A stretch of 45,828 nt of DNA from Promethearchaeota archaeon (GTDB lineage Archaea > Asgardarchaeota > Lokiarchaeia > Sigyniarchaeales > SOKP01): the NCBI GenBank assembly GCA_011364925.1, contig RDOA01000027.1, positions 1-45,828 of the forward strand, written 5' to 3'. Numbering within the stretch: the first letter of the stretch is position 1; every line of letters begins with the position of its first letter. Both the position numbers and the translations under genes were made by a program. Positions 31,391 to 40,438 of this stretch are shown here, in pieces. The notes beneath the pieces are model-generated. The model was not told the origin of the DNA and did not search any database. It was given only the letters and a program-made list of their open reading frames with translations.

Positions 31391-31516
31391 TTAGCTATAG
31401 ATATCGTCGTCGTCTTCCTCTTCCCAATCGTCGTCGTCTTCATCCCAATCTTCGTCTTCATCCTCATCTGAGTAATCAAAATCGTCGTCATCGTCATCAT
31501 TAAATTTTTTACTCAT
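31391..31516 (-). CDS. 41-aa hyper-acidic microprotein (below ORF-track cut-off)
   Basis: MSKKFNDDDDDDFDYSDEDEDEDWDEDDDDWEEEDDDDIYS*, upstream AGGAGTG SD, mixed GAT/GAC/GAA/GAG codons. Confidence 0.75.
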   Translation of the reverse strand: MSKKFNDDDDDDFDYSDEDEDEDWDEDDDDWEEEDDDDIYS

Positions 31517-31901
31517 ACTATCAACACTCCTCTTTTATCCTAACCTTTTATTTTTAGTGAGTTTTAAATTAAAATTAACTTAAGTATCTAATTATCTACA
31601 ATATAATTTCAAATATTTAAACATTCCTCTTTTAAAAGCTTGAATTCCTTCAAGACTTATACAGTTTAAGAGATATTTTATTTGATTTAAATTTATGAAC
31701 TTAGCATATGATTAACCCCAATATAAAATTATCGTTATTTTTAAAGGAATTAACCCTTAGCATATTTTCGGCTAGTCCGGTTTCAAATTTTTCAAAACGA
31801 GTTAAAAGAGGGAGAACAATTCCAGTTCATGCATTTTTTAAAAAGAGTCTGACTTTTATTTAACAGTTTCTTATTTTACAAAACAGGAGGTATTTCCGAT
31901 C

Positions 31902-32681
31902 TTACCTATTTTTTTCAGTTAAATACTTAGAAAAAATGTTCATATAAAGACACTCTTCTGGTGGCATTTCAGGAGTAAATATTGGTTCTTCAGTAAATTC
32001 TACATTGCTATCCCTAATAATTACGACAGGAGTTCTTTGATCTGTTTCACTAAGTAAAAATTGTGCAGCACTCGCCAAATCATCCGCTATTGCTCTCATT
32101 GTAATTTCCATAGGACGATTGAATAGATCAGGATATCCTATTAAATTTTCTATTGGTTCAAATCCTGCAGTTGCGATGGCAATACCTATTGTTCCCTTCC
32201 TTAAAGGCTGGACTCTTGAATCTGCAATAATTAAACCTATTTTTTCGAGATTATATCTCTTTTTCAAGCTTTCCCGATATTCCCAAACTATTTTCTTTAA
32301 ATTGTTCGGAAGTAAAACGACATTATTAGGTCCAGCATTAGATTGATCGATGCCTGCGTTTGCAATCAAAAAGTCATTAACTTTAGCTAAAATCACATGC
32401 CTCATTCCACCCAATATCATTGAAGATTCTCTTAAAATGAGTTCTACATATCTCTCATCCATATCAAATTTTTTAGAGAGTGATTTTGCTTCTGAAGAAA
32501 TGTTTTTTACGTCTGATAAATTCACTACTCTCCCTTGAGAGGTAGCTACGACTTTTTCGGCTATAACGACTATGTCTCCTTCTTTTAACGATTTTCCTTG
32601 GTCTTCTAAAACAGAAATAATTATATCAAGAAGTGGGTCTCCTTTTTTTATCAGCGGAAGTTTTAACGCAAATAACTCCAT
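31902..32681 (-). CDS. CofE-family gamma-glutamyl ligase
   Basis: LPLIKKGD, AEKVV, ANAGIDQSN, DSR..PLR.G, DLF, ADDLA; ATG 32681 preferred to avoid overlap with folP. Confidence 0.85.
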   Translation of the reverse strand: MELFALKLPLIKKGDPLLDIIISVLEDQGKSLKEGDIVVIAEKVVATSQGRVVNLSDVKNISSEAKSLSKKFDMDERYVELILRESSMILGGMRHVILAKVNDFLIANAGIDQSNAGPNNVVLLPNNLKKIVWEYRESLKKRYNLEKIGLIIADSRVQPLRKGTIGIAIATAGFEPIENLIGYPDLFNRPMEITMRAIADDLASAAQFLLSETDQRTPVVIIRDSNVEFTEEPIFTPEMPPEECLYMNIFSKYLTEKNR

Positions 32682-32736
32682 TATAATAAAAAGAATTAAA
32701 CTTATTTGATATACTTTTTTTAAAATATCGTAAATC

Positions 32737-33600
32737 ATGAATGGAATTTATGCAAAATTCTTCGATCACCTAGAAATTGGAGATAATTATCCTACTATCG
32801 TTATGGGTGTACTAAATTTAAGTCCAGAGTCTTTCTACAAGGGTTCTATCTACGACAATAAGAAAAAAATAGATTTCGCCACTACGGAAATGATCGGAAA
32901 TGGTGCAACGATCCTGGACCTTGGGGCTAGATCAACCGCTCCTTGGTCGGAAAAAATTACAATTGATGAAGAAATTAAAAGAATGGAATCAGCAGTGAAA
33001 ATTGTATGTAATATTATCCCAGATAATATCATTCTATCTATTGATACTCAATATAGGAGAGTAGCTCAAAGAGCGTTGGAGATATCAAACGAATTTATGA
33101 AAAAAATCTTAATAAATGATGTAAGTTGTCTGAAAACCGACCCAGAATTAGGTGATTTTGTCGTGGAAAACGATTTACCAATCGTGCTTATGGCTTCAAA
33201 AAAAGTTCCAGGAGATTTATTAACGACTTCTGAAATTTTATCTGAATTTAACATAACATTTGAATTATTAGAGCATAACGGTTATGACCTAAAAAAAATT
33301 ATTATCGATCCTGGAATAGGTAGATGGATTGATGAGAAGACGCCTGAATTTGACTTAAAGATTTTAGGAAATTTAAATAAACTTCGCTCTCTAAATAAAC
33401 CAATATTAGTAGCGATATCCAGAAAATCCTTCATAGGGGCTACATTAAATATTGCAGAACCAGAAAAAAGACTGAATGGAACGCTCTCAGCGACAGCCAT
33501 AGCAGTATATAAAGGAGCACATATAGTTCGAACTCATGATGTAAATCAACAATTAATGGAAATTATAAAAATTGCTGAGGAGATTAGAAAAAACCAATAG
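32737..33600 (+). CDS. folP: Dihydropteroate synthase
   Basis: MGVLNLSPESF, SIDT, INDVS, DPGIG, SRKSFIG, RTHDV. Confidence 0.9.
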   Translation: MNGIYAKFFDHLEIGDNYPTIVMGVLNLSPESFYKGSIYDNKKKIDFATTEMIGNGATILDLGARSTAPWSEKITIDEEIKRMESAVKIVCNIIPDNIILSIDTQYRRVAQRALEISNEFMKKILINDVSCLKTDPELGDFVVENDLPIVLMASKKVPGDLLTTSEILSEFNITFELLEHNGYDLKKIIIDPGIGRWIDEKTPEFDLKILGNLNKLRSLNKPILVAISRKSFIGATLNIAEPEKRLNGTLSATAIAVYKGAHIVRTHDVNQQLMEIIKIAEEIRKNQ

Positions 33601-33882
33601 ATCTGCTATGAATTCTCTAATAAAATTGGGAGGAATAAAAGGCTTCAAAATTACAATATAAAGAAATCTAGAACAGAAATTGAAATTCTAAAGATATTAG
33701 TAAGTTTTTATGTTTTTGTGTTTATCTCTTCTGCGATTAGATAATCTAAAGCGTAAACAAAATGGGCTAACATTTATAATTACGCAATACCATACATTAT
33801 TTGTAAATTGTTAAATTATCATCTAAGTTTCAACTATATTTGATAGATTTACCTTTACAAAACACAGAATAAATCGATTCTT

Positions 33883-35947
33883 ATGTCTGAGGATAAGAAT
33901 AATTCTTACGATGCCGATGACATCCAAGTACTAAAGGGCCTGGACGGCGTAAACTAATTTATAATTCATGAATAGTAGCCAAAGGCGCAGGCCTGCTATG
34001 TATATTGGGGATCAAGGCAAAAAAGGGCTCCATCATTTAATTTATGAAGTTCTGGATAATGCCGTTGATGAAGCAATTGGTGGATTTGCCAATGAAATCA
34101 AGGTTACTCTTTTTAAGGACAATTCTGTACAAATTTACGATAATGGACGGGGGATACCTATTGATACACATCCAGAATTTAACAAACCAGCCCTTGAAGT
34201 AATCATGGAGCATTTACATTCTGGAGGTAAATTCGATAACAAGAGTTATAAAATTTCTGGGGGACTACATGGTGTTGGACTTTCCGTTGTCAATGCATTA
34301 ACAGAATGGATGGATGTAGAAATTTGCAGAGATGGGTTGTTGTATAAACAAAGATTCTCTAGAGGGAAAAAAGAGACAGAACCAGAAATAACTAAGAGTA
34401 ATAGTAAAGAAACCTACACAAAGATTACATTTTATCCAGATGACGAGATATTTGAATTTGAAAACAATGAGGAGATTTTTAGTCCTTCGTCAATTTCTAG
34501 TAGAATGCGAGAGTTAGCTTTCCTTACTCCTCAAGCTCGATTTGAACTACATAATAAAATCATAGACGAAAAAGAGGAGTTTTATTATGAAGGTGGACTC
34601 AAAGAATTTATTGCGTATTTAAACAAAGATAGACAACCCCTTCATAATGATATTATTTACATAAGTGATTCTGCTGAAGATGAAGATGGTGCCCTTATCT
34701 ATTGTGATTTAGCGATGCAGTATAATACGACTTATCAAACGAATATTCAAACCTACGCTAACACGATTAATACCATAGAGGGAGGCACTCATCTTACGGG
34801 CTTTAAATCGGCTCTTACAAGGACATTCAATTCTTATATTGAAAATTTCATGGATAAAAAGAACAAAGAACATGTTTTATCAGGTCCTGATACAAGGGAA
34901 GGATTATCTGCTGTGCTTTCTATTAAGCTGCCAAATCCACAATTCGAAAGTCAAACGAAAATAAAACTCGGTAATCCTGAAGTTAGGCAAGTTGTAAGTC
35001 AAATTGTCACAGAGAAATTGGCTCAATACTTAGAAGAACACCCTGAGAATGCTAAAAAAATAGTGATGAAAACAATTAACGCTAAATTAGCAAGAGAAGC
35101 CGCCCAAAAAGCACGGTCATTAATTCGTAGAAAATCGATTCTGGATGGTGCTAGAATGCCCGGAAAGCTAGCCGACTGTTCCTCGAATGATCCAAGAGAG
35201 TGTGAAATTTTCATAGTTGAAGGCAATTCTGCAGGTGGATCCGCAAAACAGGGGAGGGATAGAGCTTATCAAGCGATTTTGCCTTTAAGGGGTAAAATTT
35301 TAAATGTAGAAAAAGCACGAATGGATAAAATACTGCAAAATAATGAAATCCAATCAATTATTAAAGCCTTGGGAGTAGGAATTCAAGAATTCTACGATGT
35401 TAACGGTGATGAAAATGGTAATGGAGAGGAAGAAAATGCTGATGATGCCGAAGACCTAGAATCTGAATTTGATTTAACCAAGCTGAGATACCATAAAACG
35501 GTTATTATGTGCGATAGTGACATAGATGGGCACCACATCGAAACTCTTCTATTAACGTTTTTCTTTCGATACATGCGGCCATTAATTGATGAGGGTCATT
35601 TGTATCTTGCAGTTCCACCCCTATATAAAGTTTCGTATAAAAAAGATAAATTTTATGTCCTTTCAGATAAAGAGAAAGAAGAACAAATTAAAGAACTGAA
35701 GGAAAAGTATAAATTAAAAAATACTGATACAATTAAGATTCAGCGGTACAAAGGATTGGGTGAGATGAACCCCGATGAACTATACCAAACTACGATGAAT
35801 CGAGAAACTAGAACCTTAAAGAAGGTAACATATGAAGATTATATCGAAAATGATTTAATCTTTACAAAATTGATGGGAAGAGAGGTATTATCTCGTAAAA
35901 AGTATATATTCTCCAATTTTGATAAGGCAACAGAATTGGATATTTAA
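33883..35947 (+). CDS. gyrB: DNA gyrase subunit B, split by a 31-nt intron: join(33883..33951,33983..35947), 677 aa
   Basis: Exon 1 MSEDKNNSYDADDIQVLKGLDGV joins RRRPAMYIG; EVLDNAVDE, GGLHGVG, PLRGKILN, QRYKGLGEM. Confidence 0.93.
33952..33982 (+). other. Putative BHB intron in gyrB (31 nt)
   Basis: In-frame TAA plus frameshift; bulges UA|A and AA|A, central GGCG/AGCC (one mismatch), exon stem GGCCUG/CAGGCC. Confidence 0.82.
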
Positions 35948-35987
35948 TTTTAGCTTTTTGGCTTTTTATTGAAAATAAAATTAGGTT

Positions 35988-38450
35988 GTGATTATGACTA
36001 CAGAAAATATTAGGGAAGTATCTTTAAAAGAAGAAATGAAAAGTAGTTATATTGACTACGCTATGTCTGTTGTTATCGCTCGGGCAATACCTGATGTGAG
36101 AGACGGACTGAAACCCGTGCATCGAAGGATAATTTACGCAATGGCAGACAATAATTACTTCTACAATCAACCTCATGTGAAATGCGCTAGAATTGTTGGA
36201 GAGACAATGGGGAAGTACCATCCTCACGGGGACGCGGCAGTTTATAATAGTTTAGTTCGAATGGCACAAGATTTCTCAATGCGATATCCTTTAATAGATC
36301 CTCAAGGAAATTTCGGTTCTATTGACGGCGATCTTCCCGCTGCTATGCGATATACTGAAGCAAGGTTAGCAAGAATATCGATGGAATTGATTGAGGATTT
36401 AGACAGCGAGACTGTAGACTTTCAGCCTAATTTTGACGATAGTCTGCAAGAACCAGTCTTTTTACCAGCTAAACTTCCTAACATGTTAATCAACGGAACA
36501 AAAGGGATCGCAGTAGGAATGGCTACGGCTATGCCTCCTCATAATTTAACAGAAGTTTGTAATGGGATTATAGCAACAGTAGACGATCCTGAAATATCCA
36601 TTGAAGAATTGATGGAAATTATAAAAGGTCCAGATTTTCCAACTGGAGGAACAATTACAGATACAGATGGTATTTACGACGCATATACAACTGGTACGGG
36701 AAATCTAACTTTAAGAGGAACTGTTGAACTTGAAACTAAAGGGGGTAAAGATAGTTTAATTATTACTGAGATTCCTTATCTAGTAAATAAAACTGTTCTC
36801 GTTGAATCCATTGCCAGATTAATCAAAGATGGAGTATTAAAAGACATTCGAGATTTACGAGATGAGTCTGATAGAAAGGGAATGCGAGTTGTAATAGAAC
36901 TCAGTAAAAACGCTCAACCCGTTATTATCAAAAATATTCTTTTTAAAAGAACCAAACTCCAAGCAACGATTAGTATAAGCAATTTAGTACTTATCAACGA
37001 AGGTAAACAACCAAAGATTCTCAATCTAAAAGAGTTAATCGAGGAATATATTGAGCACCGACTTAAAGTAATATATAAACGGACTGAATTTTACCTTAAA
37101 AAAGCAAAAACAAGGCTTCATAGAGTTGAAGGGCTCTTAATTGCTCTAAATAATATTGACGATGTCGTTAAAATCATCAAGAGCTCTAAAGACACTGATG
37201 ATGCGAAGGAAAAATTAAAAGATGCTTACGATTTAAGTGATATTCAAGTCCAAGCAATACTAAGTATGCCACTCTCCCGTTTAACTAATTTAGAACAGCA
37301 AAAATTAGTGGATGAGGAAAAATCACTTAAAGAAAGCATTAAAAAATATGAACAAATTTTAGCTAGTAAAAAACTCCGATTAGATATCATAAAACAAGAA
37401 TTAACAGAATTAAACGAGAGATATGGAGACAAAAGGAAAACTAAAATCGTGATTCTTAATCAAAACGAGAAAAAGGAAATCCGAAAGCAAGATTTAGTGA
37501 AAAAGGAACCTACAATTATAATTTTCACTAAAAATCAATATATTAAAAGAATTTCAGTGGAAGAATATAAGGCGCAAAGGCGTGGTGGGCGTGGTAAAAA
37601 AGGAATGACCGTTCGCGAAGAGGATATAATTGACGATCTCTTTGTATGTTCTACTCACGACACAATTTTAATATTTACTTCTAAAGGGCGAGTTTATTCG
37701 TTAAAATGTTTTGAAATTCCACTACAGAAACGTACTGCAAGAGGAAAGCCAATTGTTAATTTAATTCCACTACAAACTGAAGAGAAGATTTCTGACATGA
37801 TCCCTATTCGTAACTTCAACACTAACGAAATGCTAATAATGACAACAAAAAACGGTATAATAAAGAAAACCCCTTTAAGGTTATATGCTAAGTTTAAAAC
37901 CACGGGAGTAAGAGCTCAAAGAATTAGATCGGACGACGAATTAATAAGCGTTAAAAGGCTTTCAAACGATATCCAAGATATTTTTATTGCAACAAAATTA
38001 GGATATGCCATTAGATTTGACGAAACTGAGTTGCGCGTTTTAGGAAGAACATCAATGGGCGTGAAAGGAGCTGAGTTAAGGGAAGGAGATGAAGTAATTG
38101 ATAGCCTACTCGTTACTGATGATAATATTATCTTGACATTAACAGAAAAAGGTTATGGGCAACGAACCCTCTTAAAAGAGTATAGAAAAACTGGACGCGG
38201 AGCGAAAGGAGTTAAGAATATTACATTGGATCCAATTAAAAAAGACAAGGTTATCGCAATAAAAATGGCAAAACAAATGGATATTTTGATCGGAACAGAG
38301 CAAGGACAAGTCATTAGAGTAGATGTCGACTCGATAAGGATAACTCATAGAAAAGCTAAAGGAGTTAGGTTGATAAAATTATATGCTAATGACTCCGTTG
38401 TAGCTATAGGCAAATGTGCTACACAAATCGAAGAACAAGAAGAATCATAA
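35988..38450 (+). CDS. gyrA: DNA gyrase subunit A
   Basis: RAIPDVRDGLKPVHRR, YHPHGD, AAMRYTEA (catalytic Tyr), GyrA-box QRRGGRG, beta-pinwheel repeats. Confidence 0.96.
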   Translation: MIMTTENIREVSLKEEMKSSYIDYAMSVVIARAIPDVRDGLKPVHRRIIYAMADNNYFYNQPHVKCARIVGETMGKYHPHGDAAVYNSLVRMAQDFSMRYPLIDPQGNFGSIDGDLPAAMRYTEARLARISMELIEDLDSETVDFQPNFDDSLQEPVFLPAKLPNMLINGTKGIAVGMATAMPPHNLTEVCNGIIATVDDPEISIEELMEIIKGPDFPTGGTITDTDGIYDAYTTGTGNLTLRGTVELETKGGKDSLIITEIPYLVNKTVLVESIARLIKDGVLKDIRDLRDESDRKGMRVVIELSKNAQPVIIKNILFKRTKLQATISISNLVLINEGKQPKILNLKELIEEYIEHRLKVIYKRTEFYLKKAKTRLHRVEGLLIALNNIDDVVKIIKSSKDTDDAKEKLKDAYDLSDIQVQAILSMPLSRLTNLEQQKLVDEEKSLKESIKKYEQILASKKLRLDIIKQELTELNERYGDKRKTKIVILNQNEKKEIRKQDLVKKEPTIIIFTKNQYIKRISVEEYKAQRRGGRGKKGMTVREEDIIDDLFVCSTHDTILIFTSKGRVYSLKCFEIPLQKRTARGKPIVNLIPLQTEEKISDMIPIRNFNTNEMLIMTTKNGIIKKTPLRLYAKFKTTGVRAQRIRSDDELISVKRLSNDIQDIFIATKLGYAIRFDETELRVLGRTSMGVKGAELREGDEVIDSLLVTDDNIILTLTEKGYGQRTLLKEYRKTGRGAKGVKNITLDPIKKDKVIAIKMAKQMDILIGTEQGQVIRVDVDSIRITHRKAKGVRLIKLYANDSVVAIGKCATQIEEQEES

Positions 38451-38465
38451 ATTTTGAATTTCGTT

Positions 38466-38825
38466 CTATTTATTAAGATATGGAATCAAACAGAGAAATA
38501 TGAAATCTTCCTGACCAAGGTTTTTTATTCCATGCTTCTCATTTGGAGGAATATATACAACATCTCCTCTTTCTACGATTTTTTCTTCTCCTGAATCGTT
38601 GAAAAACTTGCCTTTTCCACTTAAAATATAAATTTCGTGATCTTGAGAATGACTATGTAGTGGTACGTTTGTTTCTGCCCTAAGTTCAAAGCGTCTCATA
38701 GCAAAGTTATTGGCACCATCGTGTTCCTTGTCAATTAACCATCGAACATATACATTTTCTACGGGAGTACCATCGCTTAATACTGCGGGTTTATTCTCCA
38801 CTTGCCTATAATTTTTAATTCGCAT
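38466..38825 (-). CDS. Cupin domain protein
   Basis: PLHSH..HEIYILSG and GDVVYIPPNEKH motifs; internal ATG 38825 avoids overlap with the divergent gene. Confidence 0.85.
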   Translation of the reverse strand: MRIKNYRQVENKPAVLSDGTPVENVYVRWLIDKEHDGANNFAMRRFELRAETNVPLHSHSQDHEIYILSGKGKFFNDSGEEKIVERGDVVYIPPNEKHGIKNLGQEDFIFLCLIPYLNK

Positions 38826-38894
38826 AATTGAAATAATTTTTAATCTGATAAAATAATATCTTATATTAATTGAATTTTCTATCAAGACTTTAAT

Positions 38895-39824
38895 ATGAAA
38901 ACAGAGTTTAATATCGGTTTCGATTGTTCTCATCAGAACAAGTTAAGTATCGAGGATCCAGGCTTTAATGATTTTATAGAATATCTCTTCAACTCGGATT
39001 TAAAGTTGGGAAAAATCGAAGCAGGAATCACATATGAAAAGTTGTCAGACTATAACGTTTTCATAATAGGAGTTCCTTTTGCTGGATCTTATATTACCGT
39101 CGAAGAAATCGACAGTTTGACCCAATACGTGAAAGATGGCGGGTCGCTTCTCATCATTAATGATAAGGGGGGAGAGTTCGAAAATAAGAATAATTTAAAT
39201 GAGCTAACGAAAATTTTTGGTATTAAATTCAATCCAGATCAGCTCTTTGATAACGATCATTTTTCTAAGGATATTTCTCGCCCGATAATTAAAGATTTTA
39301 AAAAACATTTTATAACTCGTGATCTTACCCAAATTATTCACTCTAACGGATGTACTATCCAAATCGATAAATCAGTAGAAACTGAAGATATAGATGTGTC
39401 AGCAATCGCGTTCTCCTCTGAGGATTCCGCTTGGCACAAAATATTTAATGGGGAAGTATGGTTAGATGAACCTGTAGAAAAAGCTCCCGTTATCGCTATC
39501 AGTCATTACGGTATGGGAAAAGTGGTAGCTATCGGAAATTTGTCTCTTTTTTCAGGATTTCATGCGTTATACGGTATACAAGCTGCTGATAATTTTAGGT
39601 TGATTTCTAATATCATAGCTTGGCTTATGAATAAAGCCCACTCCAAGGAAGCACAGTTATCTCAGCCAATTTTTATCACTATTCCTGTTGAACAAGATTT
39701 ATACTATTGGATGAAAGAAAAACTAGATGAAGAACGCTGGCAGAATGTTGAAGAAATCATAAACTTTGCTCTAAAAGTAGTTAAATTTAGAATGAGAAAG
39801 CAAGAAAGCCTAGAAGATTTATAG
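38895..39824 (+). CDS. GIFT/DUF4350-like (class I GATase-like fold) protein
   Basis: FDCSH.N, YVKDGGSLL, NLNELTKIFGI, GMGKVVAIG, DNFRLISNIIAWL pattern of GldG/IFT52-type domains. Confidence 0.6.
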   Translation: MKTEFNIGFDCSHQNKLSIEDPGFNDFIEYLFNSDLKLGKIEAGITYEKLSDYNVFIIGVPFAGSYITVEEIDSLTQYVKDGGSLLIINDKGGEFENKNNLNELTKIFGIKFNPDQLFDNDHFSKDISRPIIKDFKKHFITRDLTQIIHSNGCTIQIDKSVETEDIDVSAIAFSSEDSAWHKIFNGEVWLDEPVEKAPVIAISHYGMGKVVAIGNLSLFSGFHALYGIQAADNFRLISNIIAWLMNKAHSKEAQLSQPIFITIPVEQDLYYWMKEKLDEERWQNVEEIINFALKVVKFRMRKQESLEDL

Positions 39825-39844
39825 GGAATATTAATTAGATAATT

Positions 39845-40408
39845 TTGAAAAATAAGGTTTTGAGTATGATTAAAACAGAAAAAGAAGAAATTTTAATTGG
39901 TTTGCTATCGGATACACACATTCCAGCAAGAACACATAGCATGCCTGATAGAGTGCTTGAGGATTTTAAAAATAGAAAGGTCGATTATGTGTTTCATTTA
40001 GGAGATTTCACTTCTTTTGAGGTATATGAGAGATTAATAGAAGCATTCGGGAGAGATAAAGTAGTCGCGGTTAAAGGAAACATGGATTTTGACTCCAAAA
40101 TAAAAAATTCCCTGCCCGATACTTTGGAGTTTAAGATTTACGAACATCATGTTCTGATGCTCCACGGAATGGGTGGTCCAAACATGATAATAAGAAGATT
40201 GATTAAAAACTTAGACTTGCTCAATTCAAATTACGATCTAATAATCTTTGGGCATACACATAAACCAGTTAACGAAAAACATAACGGTATTCTATTTTTT
40301 AATCCCGGAACTACAACTCCTATAGATAATAAACTTACCGTAATAAGTTCTTACGGCTATCTTAGAATTTCAAAAAATAAGATTGAACCTGAAATTATAT
40401 ATCTTTAA
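39845..40408 (+). CDS. YfcE/MJ0936/Vps29-like metallophosphoesterase
   Basis: SDTH, HLGD, GNMD, HG, GHTH, NPG. Confidence 0.88.
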   Translation: MKNKVLSMIKTEKEEILIGLLSDTHIPARTHSMPDRVLEDFKNRKVDYVFHLGDFTSFEVYERLIEAFGRDKVVAVKGNMDFDSKIKNSLPDTLEFKIYEHHVLMLHGMGGPNMIIRRLIKNLDLLNSNYDLIIFGHTHKPVNEKHNGILFFNPGTTTPIDNKLTVISSYGYLRISKNKIEPEIIYL

Positions 40409-40438
40409 ATTATCTAAAATAAGTAAGATGGTTGAAAA

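Noticed and set aside
31395-31500. TCR-type trinucleotide repeat as microsatellite or CRISPR
   Set aside because: Explained by Asp/Glu codons of the microprotein; no repeat-spacer structure
33968-33982. ORF-track start of gyrB (MNSSQ)
   Set aside because: It lies within the intron; the conserved N-terminus is encoded from 33883 in another frame
35385-35470. Acidic GyrB insert as an in-frame intron or intein
   Set aside because: No BHB pairing or intein termini seen; it reads as an ordinary protein loop
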